From the NCBI RefSeq assembly GCF_028641065.1, contig NC_073414.1, forward strand, positions 5,828,001-5,892,000: DNA of 64,000 bases. Direction: 5' to 3'. Numbering within the stretch: the stretch's first letter is position 1; each line of letters opens with the position of its first letter. A program made the translations under genes and the position numbers. The stretch is from Leucoraja erinacea (lineage: Eukaryota). Below, in pieces: positions 10,801-25,500 of this stretch. The notes beneath the pieces were generated by a model. That model was not told the origin of the DNA. It made no database searches and was given only the letters and a program-made list of their open reading frames with translations.

Positions 10801-13553
10801 GGTGGGGGTGAGGATGGGTGTGTGGGGCGGGGTCTGGATGAGGGTGTGATCGGTGTATGGATATGAGGTGGCTGAGGGCGAGCGTGGGTGTGAGTGCGCG
10901 TGAGGGGGTGTGGGTTGGTGTGAGTATGGACGAGGGTGAGGGTGTGTGAAGGTGAGTGGGTGAGGGTGGATGTGTGTGAGGCTAAGGGTGGGTGTGTTGG
11001 GGCGGGTCTGCATTAGGGTGTGATCGGTGTATGGATATGAGGTGGTTGAGGACGTGGGTGAGTGTGAGTGGGTTGGGTGTGAAATGGTTGATGGTGTGTG
11101 AAGGTGAGTGTGAGTGAATGTGGGTGGGTGAAGTGAGTGGGTGAGGATGGGTGTGAGAGTGGATGTGGATGAGAGTATGAGGGTGGGTGAAGTGAGTAGG
11201 TGTGGGTGAGAGTGTGAGGGTGTGTGAAGGTGAGTGTGAGCGAATGAGGGTGGGTGTGAGAGTGGATGTGGATGAGAGTGTGAGGGTGGGTGAGAGTGTG
11301 CGGAGGTCGGTGGGGTGTGTGAGTGGGGGTGAAGGTGAGTGGATATGGGTGTGAGAGTGGATGTGGGTGAGGGTGTGTGGGTGAGGTGTCGTGTGAGGGT
11401 GGGTGTGAGAGTGGATGTCAGATTCAGATTCAATTTTAATTGTCATTGTCAGTGTACAGTACAGAGACAACGAAATGCATTTAGCATCTCCCTGGAAGAG
11501 CGACATAGCAAACAAACGATGTGGATGAGAGTGTGAGGGTGGGTGAAGTGAGTAGGTGTTGGTGTGGGTGAGAGTGTGCGGAGGTCGGTGGGGTGTGTGA
11601 GTGGGGGTGAAGGTGAGTGGATATGGGTGTGAGAGTGGATGTGGGTGAGGGTGTGTGGGTGAGGTGTCGTGTGAGGGCATGGGTGTGTGTGGGTGGGGGT
11701 GGTTGAGGATGTGTGGATGTGAGCGGGTGGGAGTGGAGGGCAAATCCGCTACTCTCCCGCCAGACCAGCCCCATCAGGACAGCAGCAGCAGCCCATTCGT
11801 CCCCTCTAACAGAGGGCGGCCATCCGATAATCTGGCATCGTGGGGTTTTAGTGTCAAACTGGCCGGTTCCCTGGGCTATTGGATGTTGCTAATAATATCC
11901 ACACTCAGTGGTTCAATTGTCACATATATCTGAGCACAGTGAAATTATTTTTGCATCCAGTTCAGTGGCAACTCTACTATCCATCAGGTATAGCAAGAAT
12001 CATACTAAGTATAAGAATGCAAGATTGTAGACCAGAATAAGTACACAAGAGTTGCATGCTTTATGTGCCATCCTGTAACCTTTAAGTCTGAGGTATTATA
12101 TTGGCCATACAGTTCTGATATTTTCAGAGAACCTAGTTATTATAGACGGAGATAAAAATATGAAAGCATTGGTCTCAAATACACACGTGGTTCATTGGGA
12201 GGTTTTACAGAGATATGGGTCAAACGTGACAAATGGGACTAGTTTAGATGGGGCATCTTATTTGGCATGGATGAGTTGGGCCAAAGGGCCTGTGCTGTGT
12301 GGCTCTATTCCTGACCCCTGGAGCTCTAGCTGCGACCCTGGCATCGCACTCTGCACTCTGACCTCAGCTGTGCTCTGGACCCCAGGTCTGGCCGCATGCT
12401 CCAATGGAGTTCTGCCTCGCATTCCTAAACTAATTGTTCTACTTGTGTCGCACACTATTGTCATGGTTTATTTACACTGTCATTTTCTTTTCACTGTTGT
12501 AAAATTCATGTATAACTAATGTTATTGCGTGTTTGTTTGAGTCTTTTTGCCTGTTGTGCTACTGCAAGTGGGGTTTTCAATGTCCCTGTACCTTCCCTTG
12601 TGCATTTGGCATAAACCCAACGACACAAAATGCTCGAGTAAATCAGCGGCCTCGACTGAGGTCTCAACCCAAAACGTCACCCATTCCTTCTCTCCAGAGA
12701 TGCTGCCTGTCCCGCTGAGTTACTCAAGCATTTTGTGTCTATCTGCAGTTTAAACCAGCATCTCCAGTTCCTTCCGACACATTTTGACTGATAAGTGAGC
12801 CAGATGCCAGATCATTGGGATTTCCGATCGCATGCTGGATAATTGGAGTTTTGCTATATTTACTCCTTCACCAATATCATTCAACCACAATAACTCTGTG
12901 ATCTTGTTGAGTATGCATTGGGTTGATGCATTGTCTATGTTGGAAATGTGGTTTTACTCTAGAGGGCTTACACTGAGTGAAGTGTTCTGGAAGTAGTAAA
13001 TCTTTGATTCTTCCTTCAAACTCCTTTGGATAAGAAGAGACACATTACTGATGAATCACTGGTTAGAAAAAAAAATCATAGAAATGTACAGCACTGATGT
13101 GGGCCCTTTTGGGCCCACCCTCTCTGTGCCAACTTTGATGCCTGTCTACATGAATTCCATCTGCACATATCCCTCTGTGCCTTTCTAAGACGTATCCAAA
13201 TGCTTTTTAAACATTGTAATAATATCTGCCTATACCACCTTGCCAGTTTGTTTAAGATATTCACCATTCTCTATGAAAAACCTATTGTTTGGATCTCCAT
13301 AGGTGTCTCTCGCCTTTAACCTGTATCCTCTGGTTCTTGACTTCCCTGCTCTGTGCGAAAAGATTCTGACCATCTAAGTACCTCAGAGACTTTGTAAACC
13401 TCAGTAAAGTCATTCCAATGATCCAGTGCGAATAAATCCACTCTATCCAATCTCTCCTTTTTACTGCAGTCTACAATCCCAGTCACAGGTGTAGGGGTTA
13501 TGGGGGGGAGGCAGGAAAATTGTGATTAGGATAGATAGATAGATAGTGATTAG

Positions 13554-13586
<33 letters not shown>

Positions 13587-16500
13587 GCCATGAGTAGACT
13601 TGATGGGCTGAATGGCCTAATTCTGCTCCAATCACATATGAATTTATGAACTCAACAGCCTGGTGAGTCTTTTCTGCCTCCCTCTATAGCTACCACATCC
13701 TTCATGTAGTACAGTGAGTGGAACTGTACACAGCACTCGGTATAGTCTAACCATTGATACAATCACAACACAACATCGCTATTCATTGATAGACAGAAAT
13801 ATGCTGAACTAAATCTGCGGGTTAGGCAATATCTGCTGTGAAAAATGGATGGGTGACGGCAATTGTTGTTAGGGGCAGTGTGATCCTAAGAGGGATACGT
13901 CATTGTGAACTGTGAAACTGATTGTTGACTTAGTGGAGGAAGGTGGGAAGGGTTTCTCCCCCCCCCCCCCCCCCCCCCCCCCCCACAAACAATCAGTCTG
14001 AAGAAGAATCCTGACCTAAAATATCTCCTATCCATCTTTGCCAGAGATGCTGCCTGTCCCATTGAGTTATTCCAGCATTTTGTGTCTTTTTTTGTAAACT
14101 AGCATCTGCAGTTCCTTTTATATTAGATTCTAATATCCATTACTTCAACCAATGAAGCCAAGCATACCAAGTGCTTTTTCACCACCCTATCCATTTGTGT
14201 CACAATTTTTGGGGCTATAGACGCACACCAAGGTATAGCTATTACATCAACGCTCTCAGGGTACCTGCCATGCCCATGTCCTGCCAGAATTTGATCTCTC
14301 TGAGTGCATTACCTCACATTTGTCTGGATTAAATTCCATCTGCCCCTGCTTCGCCCACCTCTCCAGCTGATCTATGTCCTGGCATATTCTTAGACTGCCA
14401 TCTTTGTTGCAAACGGTTCCATTGTAATCATAATCTTTCCACTGACTGGTTAGCATGCAACAAAAGATTTTCACTATACCTTGGTGCACATGACAATAAA
14501 TTAAATTCAACTCCACTCTAGTCAGAAAAACACTTATCCATCTTCATCTGAAAAAGGGTCTCGACCCGAAACGTTGCCTATTTCTTTCGCTCCATTGATG
14601 CTGCTTTACCCGCTGAGTTTCTCCAGCATTTTTGTCTACCTTTGATTTTCCAGCATCTGCAGTTCCTTCTTAAATATTCATCATCACTGCTTCTTTACCA
14701 CCAAGCTAGTTCTGGATCCAATTTCTTAACACCCCTTGGTGCGCCTTAATGTTCTGGAACAGCCTACCATGTAGGACCTTGTCAGAAGCCTTATTAACGT
14801 CCACATAAATGATATCCACCTGCAAATCACCTCCCCAGAAAATGTAAGCAGATTTGTGAGATGTGGTCTTCTCTGCATAAAACCATGCTAATTTCTTCCA
14901 AGCCTGTCAAGAGTGTCTAGATTTTGAAGACAAGTCCACAATTTGACTGTAGACTTTGTTCCAATGTAATTGGCCTTCAGTCAGGGTATTGAGTCTAGAA
15001 GTTGGAATGTTATGTTACAGTTGTACAAGGCATTGGTGAGGCCGTATTTTGAGTATCGTGTTCAGTTTTGGTCACCGTGCAATAGGAAGGATGTTGTTTG
15101 CTGGAAGATTTACGAGGATGGTGCCAGGACTTGAGGTCCTGAACTATAGTTAGAGGTTGAGCAGGCTAGACTTTATTCCTTTGAGTGCAGGAGGATGAGG
15201 TGTGATCTTAGAGAGATAATGATAAGATAATGAGGGGAATAGAAAGGGTAAATGCACAGTCTTTTACCTAGAGTTTGGGAATCACGAACCTGGGGACATT
15301 GCTTTAAGTGATGGGAAATATTATATAGGAATCTGAGTGGCAATTTTTTCACACAGAGGGTGATGGATAATGGAATGCACTGCCAGAGGAGGTAGTTGAT
15401 GCAGATCCTAAAACAACATTTAAAAGACATTTGGATAGACACATGGGGCGAAGGCAGGAGAATTGGGAAAGTTAGGGAAAGTTTAGAGGGCCAAATACAG
15501 GCAGATGGGACTAGTGTAGATGGGGTATCTTGGTTGGCATGGGCAAGTTGGGCAGAAGGGCCTGTTTCCGTACTGTATGACTTTATGACCCTAATATGTT
15601 TGGGGGCGCAGTTGACAAGAACAGTGTTAGGTTCAGAATTCATTGGGATGAGGAAATAAGATGTGAAGTACTATTCTGTTGAAGCTGCAGGAGCTGCAGA
15701 AATCCTCTAGATTTCATAAGAACAGCATAGTTCTCTGGCGTCCTGACCAATGTCACTAAAGCAGATTACATGGATACTTAATTCATTGGCTGTGTTTTGC
15801 TGCTGAGACGCCCTTGCAGAGATACATTAACTGTTGCCTTTTATGACAATGATTTGCATTTCAAACTTAATTATTTGTCCATTAAGCACTTTGGAAAGTT
15901 TAGGCTGTGTACATCTCCATGATGAATAAATCATGTCATTTTTATTGATTACTAGACCCCAACGCAGCCGTTCCCTACCCGTAGCCCCCACGGGAGACGT
16001 GGTCCTCCAACTCAAGCCGTTGCTGAACATAAGATTCCAGCACTCAGCAGTGCGGCTGTTTTTAAATGGCGTCTTTGAGGCGAGATGCGGGCGCCAGCAG
16101 CCATTATAGTCGCTGGCCAGCAGGAGGCGACAAAATTAGAAGGTGGTGGGGTGGGGGGAAGGATTTTATTAAAAATGTGTACATAAGCACAACAAAATTT
16201 AATGACGAGTGGATACTTGGAATGAAAAGTGAAATCTTTACCGAAATGGAAAAAATCAGGGGGTTTGTGGGTCGGGTGTTGGCGTGGCAATGAATCAAAG
16301 GCTGGCAGCCACAAGTCAAAAACACACACAGCCAGACACACACACAGTTTTAATATTATATATAGATGTTGTGTAGTTCTTCATTTCCCTATCTGGGAAT
16401 GTCTGCACTAGATATATTAGTGTGATTGTAGGGAATAGATGTTGCACCATTTGGTTTCTTCTGAACTTGTGAATAAATCCATGTAAACCTCAGTTGCACA

Positions 16501-19500
16501 CATTTGATGTATGGTATATTTTGTGCTACATTGCAGTTTATTTTCCAATATTTTTATCATTAAATCCTGCATAGATTACTTTGCTGATGGATAACGGCTG
16601 TGAAGCACTGAAAAGTTAATTTATGAGCTTGCCTTAAATTATGAGTAGCAGACTATTTCAATGCTAGAGTACAATTACACGCAGTACTTTTCCCTACATT
16701 CTTTTCGTAAGTTCCATCAGACATAAGAGCCGAATTAGGCCATTTCGGCCCATTGAGTCTGCTCCGCCATTCGATCATGGCTGATCTATTTTTTCCCTCT
16801 CAACCGCATTCTCCTGCCATCTCTGTCTAAATAATTATGCAATTTTCTCATTTTATTTATTCTATTTAATTTATTAATTATTGATATGAGCCTCTCTTTC
16901 CCATGATAAAGCAGTAGTTAATCTGACAACCATCTCAAAAATGAAATTTTATTTAATTCTTTTTGCTGATATTGTGAAGATTTTAAATTGCTGGGTCCTT
17001 TTGTATTGAATCTCCACTCAAAAGAAATGGTCAAATCACTTTATTTAACACATCACAATTTTAAAAATGGTAGCTTCCATTCCTCCACGAGGGGAGTACA
17101 ATACTCCATGAGAGGAGTAAAACACACAGTCTTTTAAGTATTCACACCGCTTTTGAGCTGGTAACTTAATTGACAACTAGATTGGATGAATCATGGAGAA
17201 ATCCTTAATTTATTAATGAAAACAACAGTGTACTTGAGACGTCTTGAGAGTGAGTGCAGTAGAATTAATGAAAATGTTACAAAAGACAAGTGCTCTGAAT
17301 AAGCTATTACCTACAGTAACAGAAAGAGCCCAATGTCTTTTTTTTGAGTCTCACAGAAGCAACTTTTTTGTTTTGATTGAGGTTTCCATCGAATGACAAA
17401 GAAAGACTCGCGCAATGGCTTTCAAATATGAAAAGGGAGAAATGGGTTCCATCCCAGTACCAGTACATCTGCAGTGAACATTTCACTCCTGAAAGCTTTG
17501 AATGGAGGTGGGGGACACGATACTTGAAGGCAGGTGCCAAACCTACAATTTTTTCTTTTCCGGAGCAGCCTACGGTACGTTTAGTCTCAATAGGTTTGGA
17601 TTATTCTGCCATATTTACATGCCCCGAAAGTGGATTAATACTGGAACTAAATCTGACATTGCTTCAAATGTAATGAGTGGTGCAACCAACCTCTAGTGTA
17701 TCAAAAAAGAGAGATGATCTAAAATAGTGAAGATGTAACAGTTTAAGGTGAATGACAGAAATTGGGAATTAACGTCCCATTATTAATTGAGATTTGAATT
17801 ATTTTATTTATTAAGGTTGGACATAAAAGTAACTTCTGCCAGTAAGAGTTTAAAAACCCAACTTTATCCATTGGAAAGGAAAATTGCTGTTGTTGTCCTG
17901 TCTGGCTTGTCACTGATGTTGAATCTTAACTGTTTCCTAACGTTCCTCTGGTCAGTGTGAACTGGCATTTCCATTTATCTCCACGTGCAGAGAGTGAAGT
18001 GTATTTTACAAAAAATCTGGCCGACCACTAAATGAAAGCTGCAGTCTAAAAGGTGCTCAAGAATTAGTAACCTTAGACTTGGATAAATGTTATATTAAAT
18101 ATCATATTTTTGCATATAAAGGATTTGTTAGAGAATCAGTTATAGAATATAAGACAATAAAAAGGGCACAAAATGCTGGAGTAACTCAAGGCAACATCTC
18201 TGTACAACATGGATCGATGATGTTTTGGGTTGGATCCTTCTGCAGTCCTGACCCGAAACATCTCCTAACCATGTTCTTCAGAGATGCAGCCTGACCTGCT
18301 GAGTTACTCGAGCACTTTGTGTGTTTTTGTGTAAACTAGCATCTACAGTTCTTTGTTGTGATGTTTTGATAATCAAATGGATTCAAGCTACAATTGAAGA
18401 AGCATTCAAAGCCAGGTTAAGCTATCTCAACCCAAACATGTGAACGCTGTCACGTATGATATTCATATTTTTTCAAATACAATTTTGTGGCCTGCAAGAT
18501 TATTTAAAGCATGACTTTATAAATTGCATTTACTCTGGAATGCACAAATTCTGAAGAAAGCCATCAGGTTGAGGCTCTGAAGAAGAGAACATAAAAGCTA
18601 TGTGGACAGGTACATGGATAGGAAAGGTTTGGAGAGATGTGGGCCAAACATGGGCAGATGGGATTAGTATTGATGGGGCATCTTGGTCGGCAAGGACAAG
18701 TTGGGCCGAGGGGCCTGTTTCCTTGCTGTGTGAATCTTAAGAGATGGAACAGTGAATCACTGACATATTTTATGCATATTGTGATGCCTTCATGAGTTGA
18801 GATTAGCCAAGCTCATTACTGGTCGCACCCTTGCAACTAAAAATTTTTTTTATTTCAACAGTGAAAACTGTTTCAAATTGAGGTGAATAGTCACTTCCAT
18901 TGCAGCTTAGCTATTCTGGAAGTTATTCCATGGTCTGATGCAGATTTGTCTTAATTGCATGCTCACTTGAACATACCATGTCAATTTACTCTATCAACAA
19001 CAAAGATATTATTTTCTTCTAAGGTGAGAGACACAAAGTATTTTCATTTCTTTTTTAAATGGACAGGTTACCAACCCGATTCACAACTCTTCCAGAAAAA
19101 ATGGCCAGCTAAAATTTTGGAGATGACTTGTTCCATTCTGTATTACGAATGTGTGAGATTGTACCAGAACCTGATGGTACCAAGCATCAGATCTGTCTAA
19201 AGATGGGGTGAACCTCACCTAGGAGTGTTTCTACCGTCATGGTTCATTCATTGATCTAGGAAATTATCATTTTACTTGCATTTTCCCATACTGAATTAAA
19301 TACTGACTTGAATTAACAAAGCACACGAGTATGGTATTTTAATCTATGCTGGTTCATTTGTGTCCTTTGTTTCAAAGTGGTATAGCTTATAGTGTAATTA
19401 AAATGGTATGAAGTTTAATACATTGAGATTGTCACACGGTGGCTGTTGAATATAATAATTTGTATGTCCTATAAGAACAGATCTGCAAATTGATAGAAAA

Positions 19501-22500
19501 CACAAAATACTCTATATTGACCAAGTAGGGCAGCAGTTGTGGAGAGAGAGTTAGCATTTCCAACCAGTCATTGACAATTAAACTGAAATATTCAATTACC
19601 TGCCCAGATGTTGCCTAACAGCTGACTGTTTCCATTATTTTCAATTTGTTTCACTTTTCTGGTGAATGCATGGTGTTTTACTATAAGTCTACAAGCTGTT
19701 CTCTGACATTCTGCTATTTAGACTTCTTTTCCTGCATTTGATTGTCCAATAATATACAGTGGTCTCTTTCTGTGCCATCTCTGGCAACAGTTTGCTGAAA
19801 ATAAATGCCTTATTCTAATAGGAACTAATAAGTGGTCATGATAATTGATTGTACCAGCCAAGTCTTTTTCGCTTGTTGCTGGATGCTTTGTAAATCAGAA
19901 GGTAATCAGAAAAAGTAAGTTATCTCAAATCAGAAAATCGGCAGTGTTGATAGTGAAGAGGATAGTCCCAAGTTAGAGAATGATATTGATCAATTGATAA
20001 TACGGGCAGCGCATTGGCAGATGCAGTTTAATCCAGCTAAGAGCAATATGGTGCGCTTAAGGTAAACTTAAAGTAGGACAGACTCATTGAATGATAGAGT
20101 CCTCGGAGGTATTGAGAAACATAGGGAACATTCGAGGTATGTCCAACCTGAGATAGCAGCATGGATAGATAAAGTGGTGAAGAAGGCATGCTAAATTACC
20201 TCCTCCTAACATTCTCCTTCATTAATCTGGATCATGGCTGGTTGGTTAATGTTTGAAATCATATTTTAAAACGTTCTAATACTAAATTATATTGTTTCTC
20301 TATGTTCCTTTTGAAGAAACACACTTTCACACTTGAGTACAGTTCCACCTGGCTTAGTTCAGTTGCCCTGCTTTTTTGGCTCCATAGAGGTGGTAGGTTC
20401 AAAAGCCCTCTGTAAGATTCAACGGCACAATCTTGGTAATTGTAGAGATGTTCTCCAGGTACCCTGACTAACATTTGTCTATGTAATAATGTGACCACAT
20501 CAAAGTAAAACACTTTGAACAATATTAATTACAGAAATATACTTGCAGGAAATGCATTGTATCCAGCTCCACATCAGCCAAATCATCTAACTTTCCAAAA
20601 GGACATAATGTAATGGAGTAACTCAGCAGGTCAGGCAGCATCTCTGGAGAACATGGATAGGTGATGCTTTGATTTGGGACCCTTCATCAGATTTAAGCAG
20701 AGGAGGTTCTCCTCAAGGCATGCCTACTTTGAAGAGATTCTCCTGCTTTGTCCAACGAGTTCTGTGAGACTCTCTCTCACTCCGTGATTTCTGTTGCTCT
20801 CCTAATCGACACGAGTCTGAAGAAGGGTCCCAACCTGATACTTCGCCTATCCATGCCCTCCAGAGATGCTGCCAGACCTGCTGAGTTGCTTCAGCAATTG
20901 TGTCCTTTCATGTAAACAAGCATCTGCAGTTCCTAGCTTCTACAACCTCGCCTTCCAGTTCTTGATCTGTAGCCTTGTACGCCCATCCAAGTGTATGTGT
21001 ATAAAGGGTTTCTGCCTCTGCTACCATTGAGTCAGAGAATCCATAACACTACAGCTGTGAGTCAAAATCAATTTCCACAACCTCTATTAGTTTAAATTCT
21101 ACTTTTTTTTAATGTTTCTATTAAATAGTCATTCTTCATTTATGAGCTAAGATGGTGCATGTTCAAATCTATTACAAGGCAAAGGACGTTCTGCTTGAAT
21201 CATGTTCCAATTTTTCCACCATATTATATTTATAATTGAGAAGCATTGATCTTTTGCAGACTGCACGCCCACCAATATAACAGTAGCTATACTTCAAGAG
21301 AAAAGAACATTTATTTTTCTATATAAAATTCCTTGGGTCCTGAAGTCATAAAAAGGGGCAGATAAATAAAAGTCATCTTTTGGAAGAGATTAGTAAACAT
21401 AACACATATAGTCATCCAACTTAGAAGTTCTGGTCCATGGTATCATATTCTGCCATGCTTTGCCCACGTCAATTGGGTCTTGAAGGCAGCTTATGCAATT
21501 TTCTTTTAAAATATAGTTTTAAATACCTACCAATCTATTTTTGAAGAATTCTTATTATTGGACAAATTACAGCCAATTGTTATTGTATGTGCCAGTGACT
21601 TTTGTGATAGTTACTGTACTCTAGGTACACATATAACATTGTTGCTGTGTTTTTTTGTTTAGTGGGTTTTGTTATTTATTACTTTAAAATTAAACATTTG
21701 AAATTGAATTTTTAACAAGTTCTATCTCTTAAATGAAACCTTTCAGCAGAAAAGGAAAGCTGTTGCTCGATCAAATGGAAATAAACGGCAAAAAAAGAGG
21801 TTGGAAGCTCAAACCAATGAAGAAGAACTGCTGCAGCAAGAGCAAACTGTTCCAGTCCAGTCTCCTGATTCAAAAGCACTCACAGTCCTAACCATGTCAT
21901 CAGAATCGACTTGTTTAACTGAGGTAACTGCATCTGCATCAATAATTGAGTTTGATAAGGTTGTCATGTCCTCTGTGGATCCTTGTGACAAATGTATATC
22001 TGAAACTATTACACCATCTACCACAGCTTTATCAAATGAGGTAGTGAATTATTTTAAACCACTTCAGATGAATAAAGATGGACCATCTCATACTTTACTA
22101 GAAGAGCAGTCAGTGTTACCATTTGAAAATGTTGCAGCAATTGAAACTGTGCAACTTGCATCAACGTTGGCATCAATTGAAACCGAAGGAATTACTGCAA
22201 TAATGCCATCTGTCAAAACTTTACAGTTTACGCCGATGCAAACATGTGATGATTCAGAATCTGAGTTAACATTAATAGAAATAGTATTACCGGAACAAGA
22301 CCAGCAAAATGTTGAGACATTGTCAGCCATCCAGCAAGACCTTCCAACACCAGAACTTTCAACCATTGTAACATCTGCTTTTAAGAATGTTACTGCTTTA
22401 GCTGTAGATTCAACTTCACAAGTGTTATCACCCACAAACCTGTCTTCTCAGACATCTCAATTACTGACTGCTGCAGCTGAGCCATTGAAAGCTGTCTCTA

Positions 22501-25500
22501 CTTTTCAAACAGAAGTAACGTTGCCCTCTACACTCATTATGCCAATTATCTCAACTCCACCAGTTGACCAGAACCACACAGCTACCCCTCCTGCACCAGT
22601 TATTGCAGAGGCAGAAACGGTCTTGACCACACAAAATGATACGCAGGAAGTACAAGATGAACATTCGTATCACAAAAACGATCTCACCATTGAACAACTT
22701 GAAGAGATTGTTGCTACCCTGCAGAAAAAAGTAAAAGTTATACAGCAGCGAGAGAGGAGAAATTCAGCCCGGCTGAAAGCCATGGAAAATCTTGTGGACC
22801 AACTGAAAAAGGAGAATGTTATTTCAGAGGAGAAGTTAAAAATAATGGAGATGGTAGGTGGAATTAAATTTAGGCTTATTGAGAGTCCTAAGTAACAGCA
22901 TGCAGTGCCATCACGGTTGATAAAAGTTGCAAAATCAAGTACGTAGTAGTGATAAAGTGAGAGACTAGTTCACTATCTGTTCTCCTGGCTAGCCCTAAGA
23001 AGAGGCTGTTGAAGGGTCCCGACGCAAATGTTGCCTGCCCATTCTTTCCACAGGTACTGCCTGACACACTGAGTTTCTCCGGCACTTTGTGTTTTGCTCA
23101 AGATTCTAGCATCTGCAATCTCATCCGTTTCCTGGCTAGTATCTTATTTTTAACCCTTCATAAAAGTTTGGTGTGTTTAGAAACTTGTTTAGAAATTTGG
23201 TTGTAACTTACATAAGAACAGTTCAATACAGTTCAAATGTATAAACTAACAAACATTTGTTCTAAAAAATGTAACTTTTAAAACACGATTTTCTTGCCAG
23301 TTACGAGTTTTTGTAAAGGGACTCAAACAGCTCTTCCATATCCATCTAGCACTTGTTCCATTCCCACATTCGGGGACCCAAACAGTCTTTCCAGGTGAAG
23401 CACTGAATCAATTGCAGTTCCTCCAATGTAAAGCACTACATTCAGTGTTCACAATGTAGCTTCCTCAACATCAGATAAACCAAACACAGATTGTGAGCAC
23501 CCAAGTTCACCCTGTAGGAGTCATGTTTAATTAATTATAATAATAATAATAATAATATCTTTATTGTCATTGCACGTCAGTGCAACGAGATTTAGTATGC
23601 AGCTCCAACCAATGAAAAAGAAAAGTAAAATAAATAAATAAGCTGTGTGTCGTGACCATCCGAGGGAGACAGTCCATGGGGGGTGGTGGGCACTCAGCAG
23701 GGCCGGTTCAGAGCCGCTATAGCTGTTGGAATAAAGCTGTTTCTGAGTCTGGAGGTTCGGGCGTAGAAGGCCTTGTAACGTCTGCCGGAGGGAAGTAGTT
23801 CAAACAGTCCGTTACAGGGGTGTGATGAGTCTTTATGGATGCTGACAGCCTTCCTGAGGCACCGTGTGTGGTAGATGCCCTCCAAGGCTGGTAGCTCTGT
23901 CCCAATGATCCTCTGCGCTCTGTGGACGACGCGCTGAAGAGCTCTCCTCTCCGCCTCCGTGCAACTGAGATACCACACAGAGATGCCATACGTTAATATG
24001 CTCTCTGTGGTGCAACGGTAGAACGTTGTCAGCAGCTGTTGGGGCAGACCAGTCTTTTTTAATGTCCTCAGGAAGAACAGTCATTGCTGTGCCTTCTTGA
24101 CCAGCGCAGCAGTGATGGTGGACCACGCGAGGTCCTCTGAAATGTGAGTGCCCAGGAACTTAAAGCTGGACACTCTCTCCACACTTTCCCCGTAAATGGC
24201 GATTGGGGCGTATTCTCCATTGTGGGACCTCCTGAAGTCAATAATCAGCTCCTTGGTCTTGGAGGTGTTTAGTGACAAGTTGTTACGTGTGCACCAGTCC
24301 GCCAGGTTCTGCACCTCCGCCCTGTATTTTATTTCATCACCGTTGGTGATCAGCCCAATCACTGTTGTGTCGTCTGCAAACTTCACGGTGGTGTTGGTGT
24401 CGAATGCAGGAACACAGTCGTGAGTGAAGAGGGAGTAGAGCATGGGGCTTAGTACACAGCCCTGTGGTGTGCCGGTGCTCAGGGTGATAGTGGAGGACAG
24501 GTGCGGGCCCAGTCTCACTGCCTGCGGTCGCTCCGTCAGAAAGTTCAATCGCATATCGGCGAGCTGAGGCCTAGCTGGTGGAGTTTGGTGGTGAGCTTGG
24601 TGGGGATGACCGTATTGAATGCAGAGCTATAGTCAACGAAAAGCATCCTCACGTACAAGCCCTGTCTGTCCAGGTGAGTCAGGACAGTGTGAAGAGCCAG
24701 AGAGATGGCATCCTCTGTTGATCTGTTTGCCCTGTATGCAAATTGATGAGAGTCCAGTGAGGCAGGGATGCTGGATTTGATATGGTAGAGGACCAGCCTT
24801 TCGAAGCACTTCATTGGGATTGGAGTTGGGGCAACCGGGCGGTAGTCGTTCAAGTTGGTGACTTTGGACTTTTTCGGCACCGGCACTATGGTGGCTGTTT
24901 TCAGGCACTTGGGGACCGTTGCCAGAGATAGAGATAGATTGAAGATTCTCGTGAATACCTCCGCCGCACAGTCCTTTAGTACCCTTCCCTGTACTGCATC
25001 CGGGCCTGCAGCCTTGCGTGGCATCACACCATTCCCAAATTGATCTATCCGTCAGTCACCGCTTGCAATGTTACAAATACTTCCCTGAGGAACAACACCT
25101 CCATCTTCCATCTTGGCATGCCACAACCTCCTAAACTCAATATCAAATTCTCCAACGTTTGGTAACACACATATTCTTTCAGTTTGTATCAGAATTGGCC
25201 ATATCTGCCGTTTATCATTTTGACTGTGTTTTTATTTTTTAAGTCTGATCTGCTGGGCATGCCAACAACCTTGATATTAGTAACATATTGCACAGTCATA
25301 GAAGCATCATTATCTCATCCTAATTGCTGCTCCTACTGCGACATTAACTCATCGTGTTTCACCCTATGAGCAATATTTCCTTTGTCTACTTATTCTTCCC
25401 CTACTTTCTCTACTCCTGTAAAGCAACTTGTTTTCTCTCTTACCCAGTTCTGTTGAAAGGCCCTAACATGATAAATTAACTTGCTCTTTCCACAGGGGCT

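Noticed and set aside
10738-11774. His/Thr/Pro-rich minus-strand ORFs (231 and 253 aa)
   Set aside because: They are translations of a GT-rich simple-sequence tract in an intron, with no domain or splice support.
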